Origin: an uncultured delta proteobacterium
GTDB taxonomy: Bacteria; Myxococcota_A; Polyangia; Polyangiales; Polyangiaceae
DNA length: 64,000 nucleotides
Assembly: GCA_963806225.1 (NCBI GenBank)
Contig: CAWDXG010000004.1
Span: 4,384,001-4,448,000 of the forward strand
Direction of reading: 5' to 3'
Both the position numbers and the translations under genes were made by a program. The notes beneath the pieces are model-generated. The model had not been told where the DNA came from, searched no databases, and saw nothing but the letters and a program-made list of their open reading frames with translations. Shown piece by piece: positions 21,690 to 32,009 of this stretch; the stretch's first letter is position 1; the number at the start of each line of letters is the position of its first letter.

Positions 21690-24600
21690 GCGACGTGAAC
21701 GCCGCGCCGGCGGGGTTCGTGGTTTCCGCACCGACGCGGCAACCCGAGCAGCCCCCCGTCGGCTCGTAGACTGGTGTCGAGGCCACGGGCGCCGCCGGCA
21801 GTGCTATGTCGACCTTGGCCTGGTTGTCGTCCAGCGTAGTCTCGCAGGCGCGCGTCGAGGTAGCCTTCACCTGGAGCTCCGCCTGGCTCGAGCCCTGCTC
21901 GGGCGCCTTCGCGTCGAGCTTCACGTTGATCGTCTCGCCGGCCTTCATCGTCGCGAAGTCGCAGGAAAGACCGGGAGCCACCGTGCAGCTGCCGCTGACT
22001 GGGGGTGGCGGAAAGCAGCGTCGCTCCGGTCACGCTTCCGGTGAGCGTTACCCCGGCCCGTTCGGTCTTGCTGCTATTGACGAGCTTGGCTTCGAGGGCG
22101 ATGTGGCTGCCGGGGCTCGCTTCCGCCGGGCCCGAAGCGACGAGCTCGAGGTTGCCGCTCTCCAGCCCCGCGACCTGCTTGGCCAGATTCACGCGCTCCC
22201 AGCGCTGGCCCTGCACGTTCATGTGATGCAGGAGCAGCACCTGGGGCAGATCTTTCGCGGCGGTCTTGCCGGTATGCACCACCACCGGGTCGCCGTCCTT
22301 GTAGATCGGCTGCCCGTCGATCCCGCCCTGGGCCGTGTCGATCCACGGGTGCAGCGCATCGTAGTCGATCCACTTGGTCTGCTGCCCCGACGGCACAAGC
22401 GTTTCCGACTGGGTCAGCCCCGAGTATTCGAAGTGGGCGTTGCTCGCGTCCAGCCCGATCGAGTGCAGGAACGTGGACAACACCAGCACGCTGTTGTCGA
22501 ACGGCGCGGTGCGCAGCGTGTCCGCCCCCACCATGTTCACGAACCGTACCGAGTCGGTCGCCTGCTGTGTCGAGAGGTCGTAGGTGGTCGCGGCCAGCAC
22601 GTCGGCGTAGGGCCCATCGCGCGTCAGCGGCGAGACCGCGATCTCGTAGTCTGCCTTCTTGTCGAAGTTGGTGTCGATGAGCACCGCGACGCGGCTCAGC
22701 TGTCCGAGCGCCGGGGTCGTCCACTGTCCGGCAATGGCCACGCCGAAGTAGACGGAAGCATCCGCGGGGGCCTTGGTTGCGGTGTCCGTGGCGGCGCCGA
22801 TCGCGACCAGGTCGAGCAGGGCCTCGGCGTCGGTCTCGCCGGTTTTCGGCTGGTGCCAGTCGCCCAGTTGGAAAGCCGTCACCACCGGGTCGGGATAGGC
22901 CGAGCTGCCCTCGATCGGGATCTGCAGGATCTTGTCGGAGCCCGCGGCGGGCGCGCAGCCCGTGAGCGAACCCGCCTGCTGGTCGGCCGCGCCGCGCACC
23001 ACCGCCTCGTACGGCACGCGCACGGTCTCGGCGCCCTGGTTCTGGTCGGTGAAGACCACGTGTCCGCTGGCCTCGTTGAGGAACTGGCGGGGCTCGTCGC
23101 CGTTGTTGCCCAGCGATATCGTCGGCGGGGTCTCCGGGTCCGGGCCGGGCGCGCCCAGCGCTTGCGGGTCCACGGTGAGCGTTAGCGTCGCTTTCGCAGT
23201 CGCCCCGGCCGCCAGCGTGAAGGTCTTGGGTTGGACGTCGGTCGTGACGCCGGGCAGCGCATAGCCGACGGCGATCGACGCCTGGTAGTCGACCGGCGAG
23301 TTGCTGTGGTTCTCGAGTGTGATCTCGCGGGTGTCGGTGTACGGCTTGTCCGTGATCACGGCGCCGAAGGACAGCCCTACGGAGCCGTTCGTCGAGGTTC
23401 CTGCTGCGGTCACGTGCTCTTCCACGGCGCGATCGACGCGGATAAGCCCCGCGCCCTGCATCGAGATCGGATAGCCGTTGCCCGACAGATCGTCGATCGG
23501 CGCCGCGCTGTTCATCAGCGCCGCTTTGACGCCGGCAGGCGAGAGACCGGGCCGGGCCTGCCGCACGAGCGCCGCCGCCCCCGTGACCATCGGCGATGCC
23601 ATCGACGTGCCGGACATGTTGCGCGAGTCGGAGCCGGTTCCAACGCCCGCGCTCTTGATCTGGAGACCCGGTGCGCTGACTTCGGGCTTCAGCAGATTGT
23701 CGCTCGAGCTCGGTCCGCGCGAGCTGAAGGACGCCAGGGTCTCGCTGCCGGGGCCCGTGTATCTGTGGCCGGCGTCGAGGGTGACGGTCACGCCCTGGCT
23801 GAGGGCTGCCAGGATGGGCGCGCCATCGGTCTTGCGGATCAGCACGCCGGGGATGGACACCGAGGACTGCTGGGCGCCTCCCATGGTCATCGGTTGGGCT
23901 GCGTCGACGTTGTCGATGACCACGCCGGCGACGGCGCCAGCGGCAACGGCCCTGTTGAACTTGTCGAGGAACGGACAGGTGCCGCGATCGATGAGCGCGA
24001 TGTGGCCCTTGAGCGCCGCGGCGTTCGTGAGCGTTGCGCAGGCGTCGTGCGGCTCTGCGTAGACGAGTGTTCCGGTGATCGGACCAGTCTTCGACAGCCG
24101 CGTCGTGAACCTGCCTTCCGCTGCGGCCACGTCGCCCTGGATCGAGGTCGGCGCGTCGATGGTCATGGCCAGCAGATTCGGCGGACGCGCTGGCCGCGAC
24201 GGAGAGCGCTTCGGGGTACACCCCGGGCGAGCCCGCCGAGTAGAACGCCGAGCCGTCGTTGCCGGCCGCCACCACCAAGAGCGTGCCGACCTTCGTGAGA
24301 TTCTTGATCACGTCCGCTTCGGCGGGCGAGCCGAGGCCGTAGGAGGTGCCGAGCGATGCGTTCACCACATCGAGGTGGTCGCTGAAGTCGCCGTTCTGGT
24401 CGGGATCCGACGCGCGCTCCAGCGCCGCGGCGAGCTGGTCGGTGGAGCCCGTGCAGCCGAAGATCTTGAGCGCGTACAGCTGGGCCTCGGGCGCTACGCC
24501 CGGGAATACCTTGAACGCCGACGGGTCGAGGCTCGCGTCGTAGGGGCCGGTGTAGGCCTTTCCGTTCGTGAGCACGCCGTTGCCCGCCGCGATACCCGTG

Positions 24601-25367
24601 ACGTGAGTGCCGTGGCCGCCGACTGATCTCCTGGCCCTGGCTCACGGCGTGATCGCAATCGAGCGGATCCGGATCCGGCTTGGGGATCGCCGTCGACGCG
24701 TTCGACGCGTCGTAGGTGTCGCCGACGAAATCCCAACCTCCGACCACGCGGGCCGTGGGGAACGTGCCCGGCTCGATCACGTTCGGATCGTTCTGCTGGT
24801 ACGCGGCGACAGTGCCCGGACCGCCGAAGTCGGCATGCGTGTAGTCGATGCCGGAATCGACGATGCCGATGCGGACGCCCTGTCCCCTTATCGGCGTGGA
24901 AAGCTGCCAGACCTGGGGTGCGCCGATCAACGGAACGGCCTGGCCCAGAGCGGGGGTGACCACCGTGACTGGATCGACCCGGACGACTCCCGGCAGCTTT
25001 TCGAGGTCGCCGATGCGACGGGGATCGACACGGACCTGGATCGCATTGACGAGGCGTTCGAGATCGGCGGTGACGACGGCACCGGTCGCCTCGATTGCCG
25101 GTCTCAGCGCGGCGTGCTCGGCCGACAGCCGGCGCAGGCGTGCGCGTACTGCAGAGCGTGTCGCCGTCGACACGGCACCGCTGGTCGGGAGCAGATCCGC
25201 GGCCGCTGGACCGTCGAGCACCACGTAGACCGGGACGCTGTCGCTCGAGCCGGTCAGCCGCGAGGAGTCGACGGCAGTCCGCTTCGACGGCACGCGTCCG
25301 GGGAGCTACACGAGAGTGGAGCCAGACAGGCTGCCAGGACGAGCCAGGATGATAGGGCGCGTCTCAC
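21646..25367 (-). CDS. S8 (Vpr-like) serine peptidase with PA domain, DUF11-like domain and MYXO-CTERM-like tail; frameshifts near 25295, 24620, 24170, 22000
   Basis: IGIVDSGIDYTH, HGTHV (shifted frame), AAGNDG, PA domain ALIDRGTCPF, SGTSMASP; N-terminal lipobox PLSC; C-terminal GGCSGC...TM...RRRRR. Confidence 0.88.
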
Positions 25368-25514
25368 CCCACTTCGATAGGACCTCGTCGCCTGCGAGCA
25401 AAGCAAAACCGCCCGGCAAGCAGCCCAGGTCCACTGCTGTGGGAAAAGCGCAGCCGGGACGGAACGCCGGCAGGTCGCAAAGGAGCTCGCGAGGCGCTAT
25501 CTTCCGTCCCCCCC

Positions 25515-26249
25515 ATGGTCGATGCAGCAACGCGCGACAGCGAGGCTCCCGGCAGAGCGGCTGGTGCCGCGGAGAGTGCCGCGAACGGCAGTCCCAACCA
25601 CGGCAGCTATCTCGAAGACGCGCCGCTAGCGGTGCGCTGGTTCGAGGGCGAGCGTCTGCGTGCCATCCGCGAGATGGCAGCGGAGGACCCGGGCCACCGC
25701 ATCCTGGAGATAGGCGGCGGCACCGGTCACGTGCTCCGGATGTTCCGCCGCTCGCGGCTCACGCTCGTAGACGAATCCAGCGAGAACATCGAAGCCGCGC
25801 GCCGCACTCTCGACGGCTACGACGTCGACTTCCATGTCGGCCCGGTTGCAGAGCTGGGACTCCCCGCCGGCGTGTTCGACCGCGTGATCTGCACGCAGGT
25901 CCTCGAGCACACCGCCGATCCGGCGCGCGTGCTCGACGAGATCGCGCGTCTGCTGGCACCCGGTGGGCGCGCCATCGTCACGGCGGGCAACGCGCCGCTG
26001 AGCCTCGGGGTGAAGCGCTTCCTGCGCTATTCACCCGCGCGCTGGGCCGTTGGAAGCCGCGTCGACCCCGAGGCGGGGCCGCAGAAGCTGCATCACTGGA
26101 CCGCCGACGAGTTCCGGAGGCTGCTGCTCGAGCGTTTCCGCATCGAGCAGCAGCGCGCGATTCCGTTCGCCTGGCTGCCGCTCAGGGTTTCCTACCTGTG
26201 CCGCGTGCGTGAGCCCGGCCTGCGCGCGCGCGGCCGCATCGAATCCTGA
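25515..26249 (+). CDS. Class I SAM-dependent methyltransferase
   Basis: ILEIGGGTG, FDRVICTQVLEH, LAPGG. Confidence 0.85.
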   Translation: MVDAATRDSEAPGRAAGAAESAANGSPNHGSYLEDAPLAVRWFEGERLRAIREMAAEDPGHRILEIGGGTGHVLRMFRRSRLTLVDESSENIEAARRTLDGYDVDFHVGPVAELGLPAGVFDRVICTQVLEHTADPARVLDEIARLLAPGGRAIVTAGNAPLSLGVKRFLRYSPARWAVGSRVDPEAGPQKLHHWTADEFRRLLLERFRIEQQRAIPFAWLPLRVSYLCRVREPGLRARGRIES

Positions 26250-26256
26250 CGCCGCG

Positions 26257-26694
26257 CTAGCGCTTCTTGAACGTTCCGAGCAGCGTTGCCCAGATGCGCC
26301 AGGTGATCGGGATCTTCGCCTCGGCCTGGCTGCGCTCGAAGAACTTTTCCAGCGCCTGGATCTCGCCGGCGTCGAGCCAGATTCCGCAATCTTCCGGGCA
26401 CGCGTCGATGAGAATCTGCGAGCCGAAACCATACGGCCGCATGTCCATCTCCGTGCTGCAGCGGGGGCACTTGGCGGGGCCGGCGAGCTCCTGGTTCGCT
26501 GCGCCGAACATTTCCTTCAGCGAATCGGGTTGTTCGGCGAGGGCTTTTGCGTAGTCGTGCTCGGTGGCGGCCTGGATCTGCTCCAGCTCGCCCTTGTCGA
26601 GGAACATGCCGCCGCATCGCGGGCAGGCGTCCACCTCGATGTTGGCCTCGTAGATCTTCGCTTCGAGCTTGGCTCCGTCTCTGGGGCAATCCAT
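26257..26694 (-). CDS. Tandem zf-TFIIB zinc-ribbon protein
   Basis: CPRD...VDACPRCGGMFLDKGEL and CPRC...IDACPEDCGIWLDAGEI. Confidence 0.85.
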   Translation of the reverse strand: MDCPRDGAKLEAKIYEANIEVDACPRCGGMFLDKGELEQIQAATEHDYAKALAEQPDSLKEMFGAANQELAGPAKCPRCSTEMDMRPYGFGSQILIDACPEDCGIWLDAGEIQALEKFFERSQAEAKIPITWRIWATLLGTFKKR

Positions 26695-26760
26695 GATCGT
26701 GGGGCCGAGCATACACCGGGGACGCGGCCCGGCGCACGCCCTCGCGATCCCCGGGACCAG

Positions 26761-28083
26761 CTATGCGCTGGCGAGGGGCCTGCCCATGCCGCGGTAGATG
26801 AATCCAGCGTCGGTTGCGGCGCCGGGTACCAGCACGTTGCGCCCATCGAAGATGTGCCGCCCGCGCATCAGGCTCCGGAGGCGATCGAACTCGGGCGAGC
26901 GGTACTCGTTCCATTCCGTTGCCACCACCAGCGCATCGGCGCCCTCGCAAACCTCGTACTCGTTGGTCAGCAGCGCGACCCGATCGGCCACGCCCATGAC
27001 CTCGAGCCGGGCCTTCGCGGTCTCGAGCGCCTGCGGATCGGTGGCACGGATGACCGCGCCGCGTTGCACCAGCCCGGCGATCAGCTTCAGCGCTGCCGCC
27101 TCGCGCACGTCGTCGGTGCGTGGCTTGAACGCCAGGCCCCATACGGCGATGGTCTTGCCGGACACGCCGCCGAGATCATTTTCCATGTGACCCAGCAGCC
27201 GTTCGACCGGGTCCTCGTTCGCCACGATGGCCGCCTCGACTACGCGCAGCGGCACGCCGAGCTCCGACCCGGTACGGGCCAGGGCCCGCAGATCCTTCGG
27301 GAAGCAGCTGCCGCCGAAGCCCAGGCCCGGATACAGGAACTGGAACCCGATCCGTTCGTCGGAGCCGAGCGCCACACGCACCTGCTCCACGTCCCCGCCC
27401 GCCGTCTCGCAGAGTGCGGCGATCTCGTTCATGAACGAGATCTTCGTCGCCAGAAGCGCGTTCGCGGCGTACTTCACGATCTCGGCGCTCTTCGGGCTCA
27501 TGCGCTGCATCCGGTTCTGCTGGCGCGTGAAGGGAGCGTACAGGCGCGCGATCACCTTGAAGGCCTCGTCGTCCTCGGTGCCGACGACCACGCGGTCGGG
27601 CTTCAGGAAATCGTTGATCGCATCGCCTTCCTTCAGGAACTCCGGATTGCTGACGACGGAGATTCGATGCTTCGTGTGCCGCGCGACGACCTCGCGCACC
27701 CGCTCGTTGGTGCCCACCGGAACCGTGCTCTTCAGCACCAGCACCAGGTCGTGCTTGGCGGTCCGTGCGACGTCCTCGGCCACCTTGAGCACGTGCGAGA
27801 GATCGGCCGAGCCGTCTTCGCTGGGGGGAGTCCCCACAGCCACGAACACCGCCTGGCAGCCGTCGATCGATTCGGCCAGGTTCGAGCTGAACGCAAGGCG
27901 CGCCGGCCAGTTGCGCGTGAGGAGCTCCTCCAGCCGCGGCTCGAAGAAGGGCACCTGGCCCTTGCGCAGGCGCTCGAGCTTGGCCTCGTCCACGTCCACG
28001 CAGGTCACGTGCGTGCCCGCATCCGCAAAGCAGGTTGCAGCCACCAGTCCGACGTAGCCCGTTCCGACAATAGCGATTCTCAC
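26761..28083 (-). CDS. ugd: UDP-glucose 6-dehydrogenase
   Basis: IVGTGYVGL, KSTVPVGT, SNPEFLKEG, GFGGSCFPKD, GLAFKP.TDD.RE, DGRN. Confidence 0.95.
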   Translation of the reverse strand: MRIAIVGTGYVGLVAATCFADAGTHVTCVDVDEAKLERLRKGQVPFFEPRLEELLTRNWPARLAFSSNLAESIDGCQAVFVAVGTPPSEDGSADLSHVLKVAEDVARTAKHDLVLVLKSTVPVGTNERVREVVARHTKHRISVVSNPEFLKEGDAINDFLKPDRVVVGTEDDEAFKVIARLYAPFTRQQNRMQRMSPKSAEIVKYAANALLATKISFMNEIAALCETAGGDVEQVRVALGSDERIGFQFLYPGLGFGGSCFPKDLRALARTGSELGVPLRVVEAAIVANEDPVERLLGHMENDLGGVSGKTIAVWGLAFKPRTDDVREAAALKLIAGLVQRGAVIRATDPQALETAKARLEVMGVADRVALLTNEYEVCEGADALVVATEWNEYRSPEFDRLRSLMRGRHIFDGRNVLVPGAATDAGFIYRGMGRPLASA

Positions 28084-28187
28084 GGCCCAGCGGCGTAGCG
28101 CCGATCCGGCTGGGCGTCGACCCATGCCGGGCGCGTCCGGCCGGAAACGGGCCTCCCGCGTCCCGATCTGCAACACTCCGCGTTCGC

Positions 28188-29438
28188 GTGCCGGCCACCC
28201 CCAAAGCCCGCTCCGGCCTGTGGCGCCTGGCGCTGCTGGTGCTCGCAGCTCTCTCGTGGAGCTGTCGCTCGGAGAAGAAGCAGCGCCCAGCACGGCCGTC
28301 CGCGTCCGCCTCCGCCTCGGCTTCTCCGGGGCGACCGTCCACCCGGCCCCCGGCGCACCCACCCAGGCCCGTGGCCTCCGCCGCGGCCCCGCGCCGGGCC
28401 GACTCGATCGTGCTGCTGGCGGGAGGCGACGTGAACCTCGGGCGCGGCGCGGGCCAGCAAATCCTGAAGGACCCTTCGTACGACCCGCTTTCAGAGGTCG
28501 CGCCGCTGATGTCCACGGCCGACCTGCGTTTTGTCAATCTCGAGTCGCAGCTCAGCGATCAGCACGGCGAGACCCAATCGCCCTACGAACACCTGAAGTT
28601 CACCGGACCGCCCGGAGGCGCGGAGGTACTCGCTCACGCCGGTATCGATGTCGTTTCCATCGCGAACAACCACTGCTGGGACTACGGCAGGAAGGCGCTG
28701 TTCGAGACGATGGACAACCTCGACCGCGCGGGCGTGCGTTACGCGGGTGCGAGCCGGGTGCCCGGCCATCAGTACCAGCCGCTGATCCTGCACGTGAAAG
28801 GCTGGAAGATCGCCCTGTTCGCGGTTACCCAGATCTGGAACCAGCCGCCTTTCGACAAGCACCCCGGACGTTTCTACGTTGCCTGGGCCCGTTTCGATCG
28901 GCTCGAGAAGGCGCTCGCGCGCGCCCGTCGCGAGAGCGACCTGGTCCTGGTCAGCTATCACGGCGGCGGCGAGTACGTCGGCGTGCCGATGCAATGGACG
29001 CGCAGGTTCGTGCGCGCCGTGATGGACGCCGGCGCGGACGCCGTGATCGGCCACCATCCCCATGTGCCGCTCGGCGTGGGCTGGTTCGCCGGGCGCCCGG
29101 CGTTCTACAGCCTGGGCAACCTCGTGTTCGCGATGCACAGCGACTACCCGTGGACGGGCACGAGCTTTTTCGCGAAGATCCGCTTCTTCAAGGACGGGCG
29201 ACGCGAGGTCGAGGCGTGCCCGTATCACATCCTCGGGCACACCCCGATGTTCTTCGAAGGCAAGACGAAGGCGGCGCGCGAGCGCGTCTTCCGCCGCCAT
29301 CTGGAGCGACTGTCGGCAGCGACTGGCGGCACCACGGTTGGCCCTCCCGGGCGCTTCAGCTGCATGCCCCTTTCGCCGCGACCGAAGGGAACTGGACCCG
29401 GCGGTACGGCTCTGGCAGACAGGGACGCGGCCCGATGA
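28188..29438 (+). CDS. CapA (PGA_cap) family metallophosphoesterase lipoprotein
   Basis: GDVNLGR, NLES, SIANNH..DYG, HGG.EY, IGHHPHV, YSLGN.VF. Confidence 0.9.
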   Translation: MPATPKARSGLWRLALLVLAALSWSCRSEKKQRPARPSASASASASPGRPSTRPPAHPPRPVASAAAPRRADSIVLLAGGDVNLGRGAGQQILKDPSYDPLSEVAPLMSTADLRFVNLESQLSDQHGETQSPYEHLKFTGPPGGAEVLAHAGIDVVSIANNHCWDYGRKALFETMDNLDRAGVRYAGASRVPGHQYQPLILHVKGWKIALFAVTQIWNQPPFDKHPGRFYVAWARFDRLEKALARARRESDLVLVSYHGGGEYVGVPMQWTRRFVRAVMDAGADAVIGHHPHVPLGVGWFAGRPAFYSLGNLVFAMHSDYPWTGTSFFAKIRFFKDGRREVEACPYHILGHTPMFFEGKTKAARERVFRRHLERLSAATGGTTVGPPGRFSCMPLSPRPKGTGPGGTALADRDAAR

Positions 29439-30421
29439 CGCTCCGCATCGCCTCCGCCGCAGCCGGTTTGTTTCTGCTCTGTCAGGGCGCGAGCGGCTGC
29501 CAGAGAGTGAATGGGTCGCCCAGGAAATCGGCGGCGGCACCGCCGAGCGCGAGCGCTGCGGCGCCGGTCGCGTCGGCCGCCAGCGTCGCGAGGGCCTGCC
29601 GCCCCGGGTGCAACAGCATCGAGCGCTGCGACAGCGGTCGTTGCGTCCCGAGCTGCCCAAGAGGCGAGGTCTACATCCCCGCGACCGGCCCCGGCGGTTT
29701 CATGATGGGACGCGGCAAGCCGGGGGAGTTCGACCAGAAGCACAAGGTGGTGCTTTCCCATCCGTTCTGCATGGACCAGACCGAGGTGACCGTCGCCGCC
29801 TACCGTCGCTGCGTGGAGGCCGGCGGCTGCACCATTCCGCAGCTCCGCGACATCAACTCGAACTACCGGCCTGCCTATCACCGCGACAACCATCCGGTGA
29901 ACATGGTCAACTGGAAGCAGGCGACCGCCTACTGCGGGAGCCGCGGGCAGGTGCTGCCCACCGAAGCCCAGTTCGAGTGGGCTTCCGGACACGGCGACGG
30001 GCGGACCTGGCCCTGGGGCAACAAGCCGGCACCGACCTGTGAAAACCATTATGCCGACTTCACTCCGGGCGGCGCACCGAAGAGCGACCCGGCCGGCGAT
30101 GTCGGCTGCTTCGGAGGCGACACCAGCCCGGTCAAGTCGTTGAAAGGCATCGACCACTGGCCTGACGGCGATCTGTACGAGATCGGCGGCAATGTCTGGG
30201 AATGGACGGCAGACTGCTACGTCGCCTATCCCTCTACGCCCCAGGTCGATCCCAGCCCGCAGACGCATCCGCGGCTGCACGGCGATTGCTACGTCCGCTC
30301 CCTGAGAGGCGGCGGGTGGAACCGCAGCAACCACTCGATGCACCCCTGGGTGCGCGCCGCCTCCAAGTGGACCTACCGCGTGGGCGGGCTCGGCTTCCGC
30401 TGCGTCCGCAACCCCGCCTAG
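29435..30421 (+). CDS. FGE-sulfatase domain lipoprotein
   Basis: F.MG, MDQTEVTV, LPTEAQFEWA, GGNVWEW, RGGGW, LGFRC; ATGA overlap with capA-like gene. Confidence 0.88.
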   Translation: MTLRIASAAAGLFLLCQGASGCQRVNGSPRKSAAAPPSASAAAPVASAASVARACRPGCNSIERCDSGRCVPSCPRGEVYIPATGPGGFMMGRGKPGEFDQKHKVVLSHPFCMDQTEVTVAAYRRCVEAGGCTIPQLRDINSNYRPAYHRDNHPVNMVNWKQATAYCGSRGQVLPTEAQFEWASGHGDGRTWPWGNKPAPTCENHYADFTPGGAPKSDPAGDVGCFGGDTSPVKSLKGIDHWPDGDLYEIGGNVWEWTADCYVAYPSTPQVDPSPQTHPRLHGDCYVRSLRGGGWNRSNHSMHPWVRAASKWTYRVGGLGFRCVRNPA

Positions 30422-30970
30422 CTACTCGTCCTCGTCCTCGTCCTGGTCTTCGTCGAGCTGGTCGAGGATCTCGTTCGCGCGATCCTCGCTGATGCCGAAC
30501 CACTCGGCCAGCTGGTTGATGAACTCGTTCTCGGCGTCGTCGATCTCGTCGTCCGCGAGGGCCACCGCCGCGGCCAGCGCGAACGCGCCTTCGGCCTCTG
30601 TCGGCTCCTCGGCAATCTCGTCGGCGATCTCCTGCAGGCGCGCGTCGCGTCCCTGCTCCGCCAGACGCTTCTCGTAGTTCTCGAGCATCACGTTGATCGT
30701 ACCGCTCCTGAGCAGGTTGTCCGTCAGTCCGCGGATGGCTCCGCGCACCGCGTCCCGCTCGGCGTCCTCGACCTTGCCGTCTGCGGACATCATCAGGAAC
30801 ATCGTCTCGGCCAGCGGGTCCACGCGGGTCAGAGCTGCGCTCTCCTCGGGGCTCAGCATGCCCTGGCGCGCCAGGGTCTCGTAGGCGCTGGACATCACGA
30901 CGCTGGGCCTACGGCCACTCTGGAGCAGGGCGTCGCGCAGGCGGCGGATCGTCGTAGTCTCGAGCTTCAT
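30422..30970 (-). CDS. TerB-family (tellurite-resistance-like) protein
   Basis: MMSADGKVEDAE and VALADDEIDDAE helix-hairpin motifs, acidic tail. Confidence 0.8.
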   Translation of the reverse strand: MKLETTTIRRLRDALLQSGRRPSVVMSSAYETLARQGMLSPEESAALTRVDPLAETMFLMMSADGKVEDAERDAVRGAIRGLTDNLLRSGTINVMLENYEKRLAEQGRDARLQEIADEIAEEPTEAEGAFALAAAVALADDEIDDAENEFINQLAEWFGISEDRANEILDQLDEDQDEDEDE

Positions 30971-31020
30971 GGCTCAAAGCTACACGCTCGCGGCGTGCCG
31001 ATCCAGCGGGGGTTTCCAGG

Positions 31021-31707
31021 CTACGCTGCTCCGGCCGGGCTCTGGTTCGGGTTCGTGCCCACGAGGACCAGCGTGGCGTCGCTTGCGGTGAGCGGTTGGA
31101 GCAGCTCGCCGATGATCGAGCGCAAGTGCCCGGGTGGCGCGCTGGTCAGAGCGACTCCCCGTTTCTGGATTGCGCGGAGCCGCTCGCCCAGATCCGTCAT
31201 GGCTTCAGCATCCGCCAGGCCCGGGGTCGCACCTGCGGTAGCGAACACCCACAGGCTGCCCCAGCCCAGAGGCGCCAGCTCGTACGGGTGGACGGCTGCC
31301 CCCACGGCCCCGATCGCCGGCGAACGGGCGGCGAACGCGAGCGGGCTGCCGGTCGGGAACATTCGCAGGATCGGGGGCAGCCCCGCGTTCAGGAGCTCGA
31401 TGCTGCCGTCGATGGGCGAGAAGCGGGCCACGCCCAGAGCGACGGTGGCCCGCAGCGCGGCGCGCGCGGCGAGGTAGCGCTTCAGGACGATTGCAACGTC
31501 CTTCATCGGCCGCATCGCGAACAGCTCATGGGCGAGCTCGTTCCGGATCGCGTCGGGCGACACATCGCCGCCGCGGTGCAGCCCGCCGGCGGCAAGCAGC
31601 AACACCGAGACGCGTCCCGCCTCGTCCACGACCACGTCGAAGGCGTCCGTCCGGAGCGCCCCGCCCTCGAGCGTTGCTCCGTTGACCTGCAGCATCCCTC
31701 GCTGCAT
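31021..31707 (-). CDS. SpoIIE/PP2C-like domain protein, degenerate active site
   Basis: LLNAGLPP, PAIG, and terminal DATLVLV fit the SpoIIE fold, but metal-binding Asp motifs are replaced. Confidence 0.6.
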   Translation of the reverse strand: MQRGMLQVNGATLEGGALRTDAFDVVVDEAGRVSVLLLAAGGLHRGGDVSPDAIRNELAHELFAMRPMKDVAIVLKRYLAARAALRATVALGVARFSPIDGSIELLNAGLPPILRMFPTGSPLAFAARSPAIGAVGAAVHPYELAPLGWGSLWVFATAGATPGLADAEAMTDLGERLRAIQKRGVALTSAPPGHLRSIIGELLQPLTASDATLVLVGTNPNQSPAGAA

Positions 31708-32009
31708 CGGCAATATTGCCCCATCTGTCCGCGGCCGTTCGGGGTGCCGAGGCACGGTGGTGCTGCGATTACGCGCGTTCCGCTGGGGAGGTGTTGTGAA
31801 GCGTTCGGGTTTCACGGTCGTCACCCCACCTGGACGCAACACCCGTGCCGTCGCGCCGCGTGCCTGGCCGGTCCGGCACGTACGGATCTCGAGGAGTTTG
31901 TGCGCATCGCCCCGGATCCGGGCGTCCCGGGTCGGGACCCAGTCCCGCCTTGGGACGTCTGCCTCTTAAGTCCCGACGTAAAGCGACCGTTCGTCCAGTG
32001 AAGACCACC

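Noticed and set aside
28188..29438. Poly-gamma-glutamate capsule locus
   Set aside because: No capB or capC nearby; stand-alone CapA-family proteins are common.
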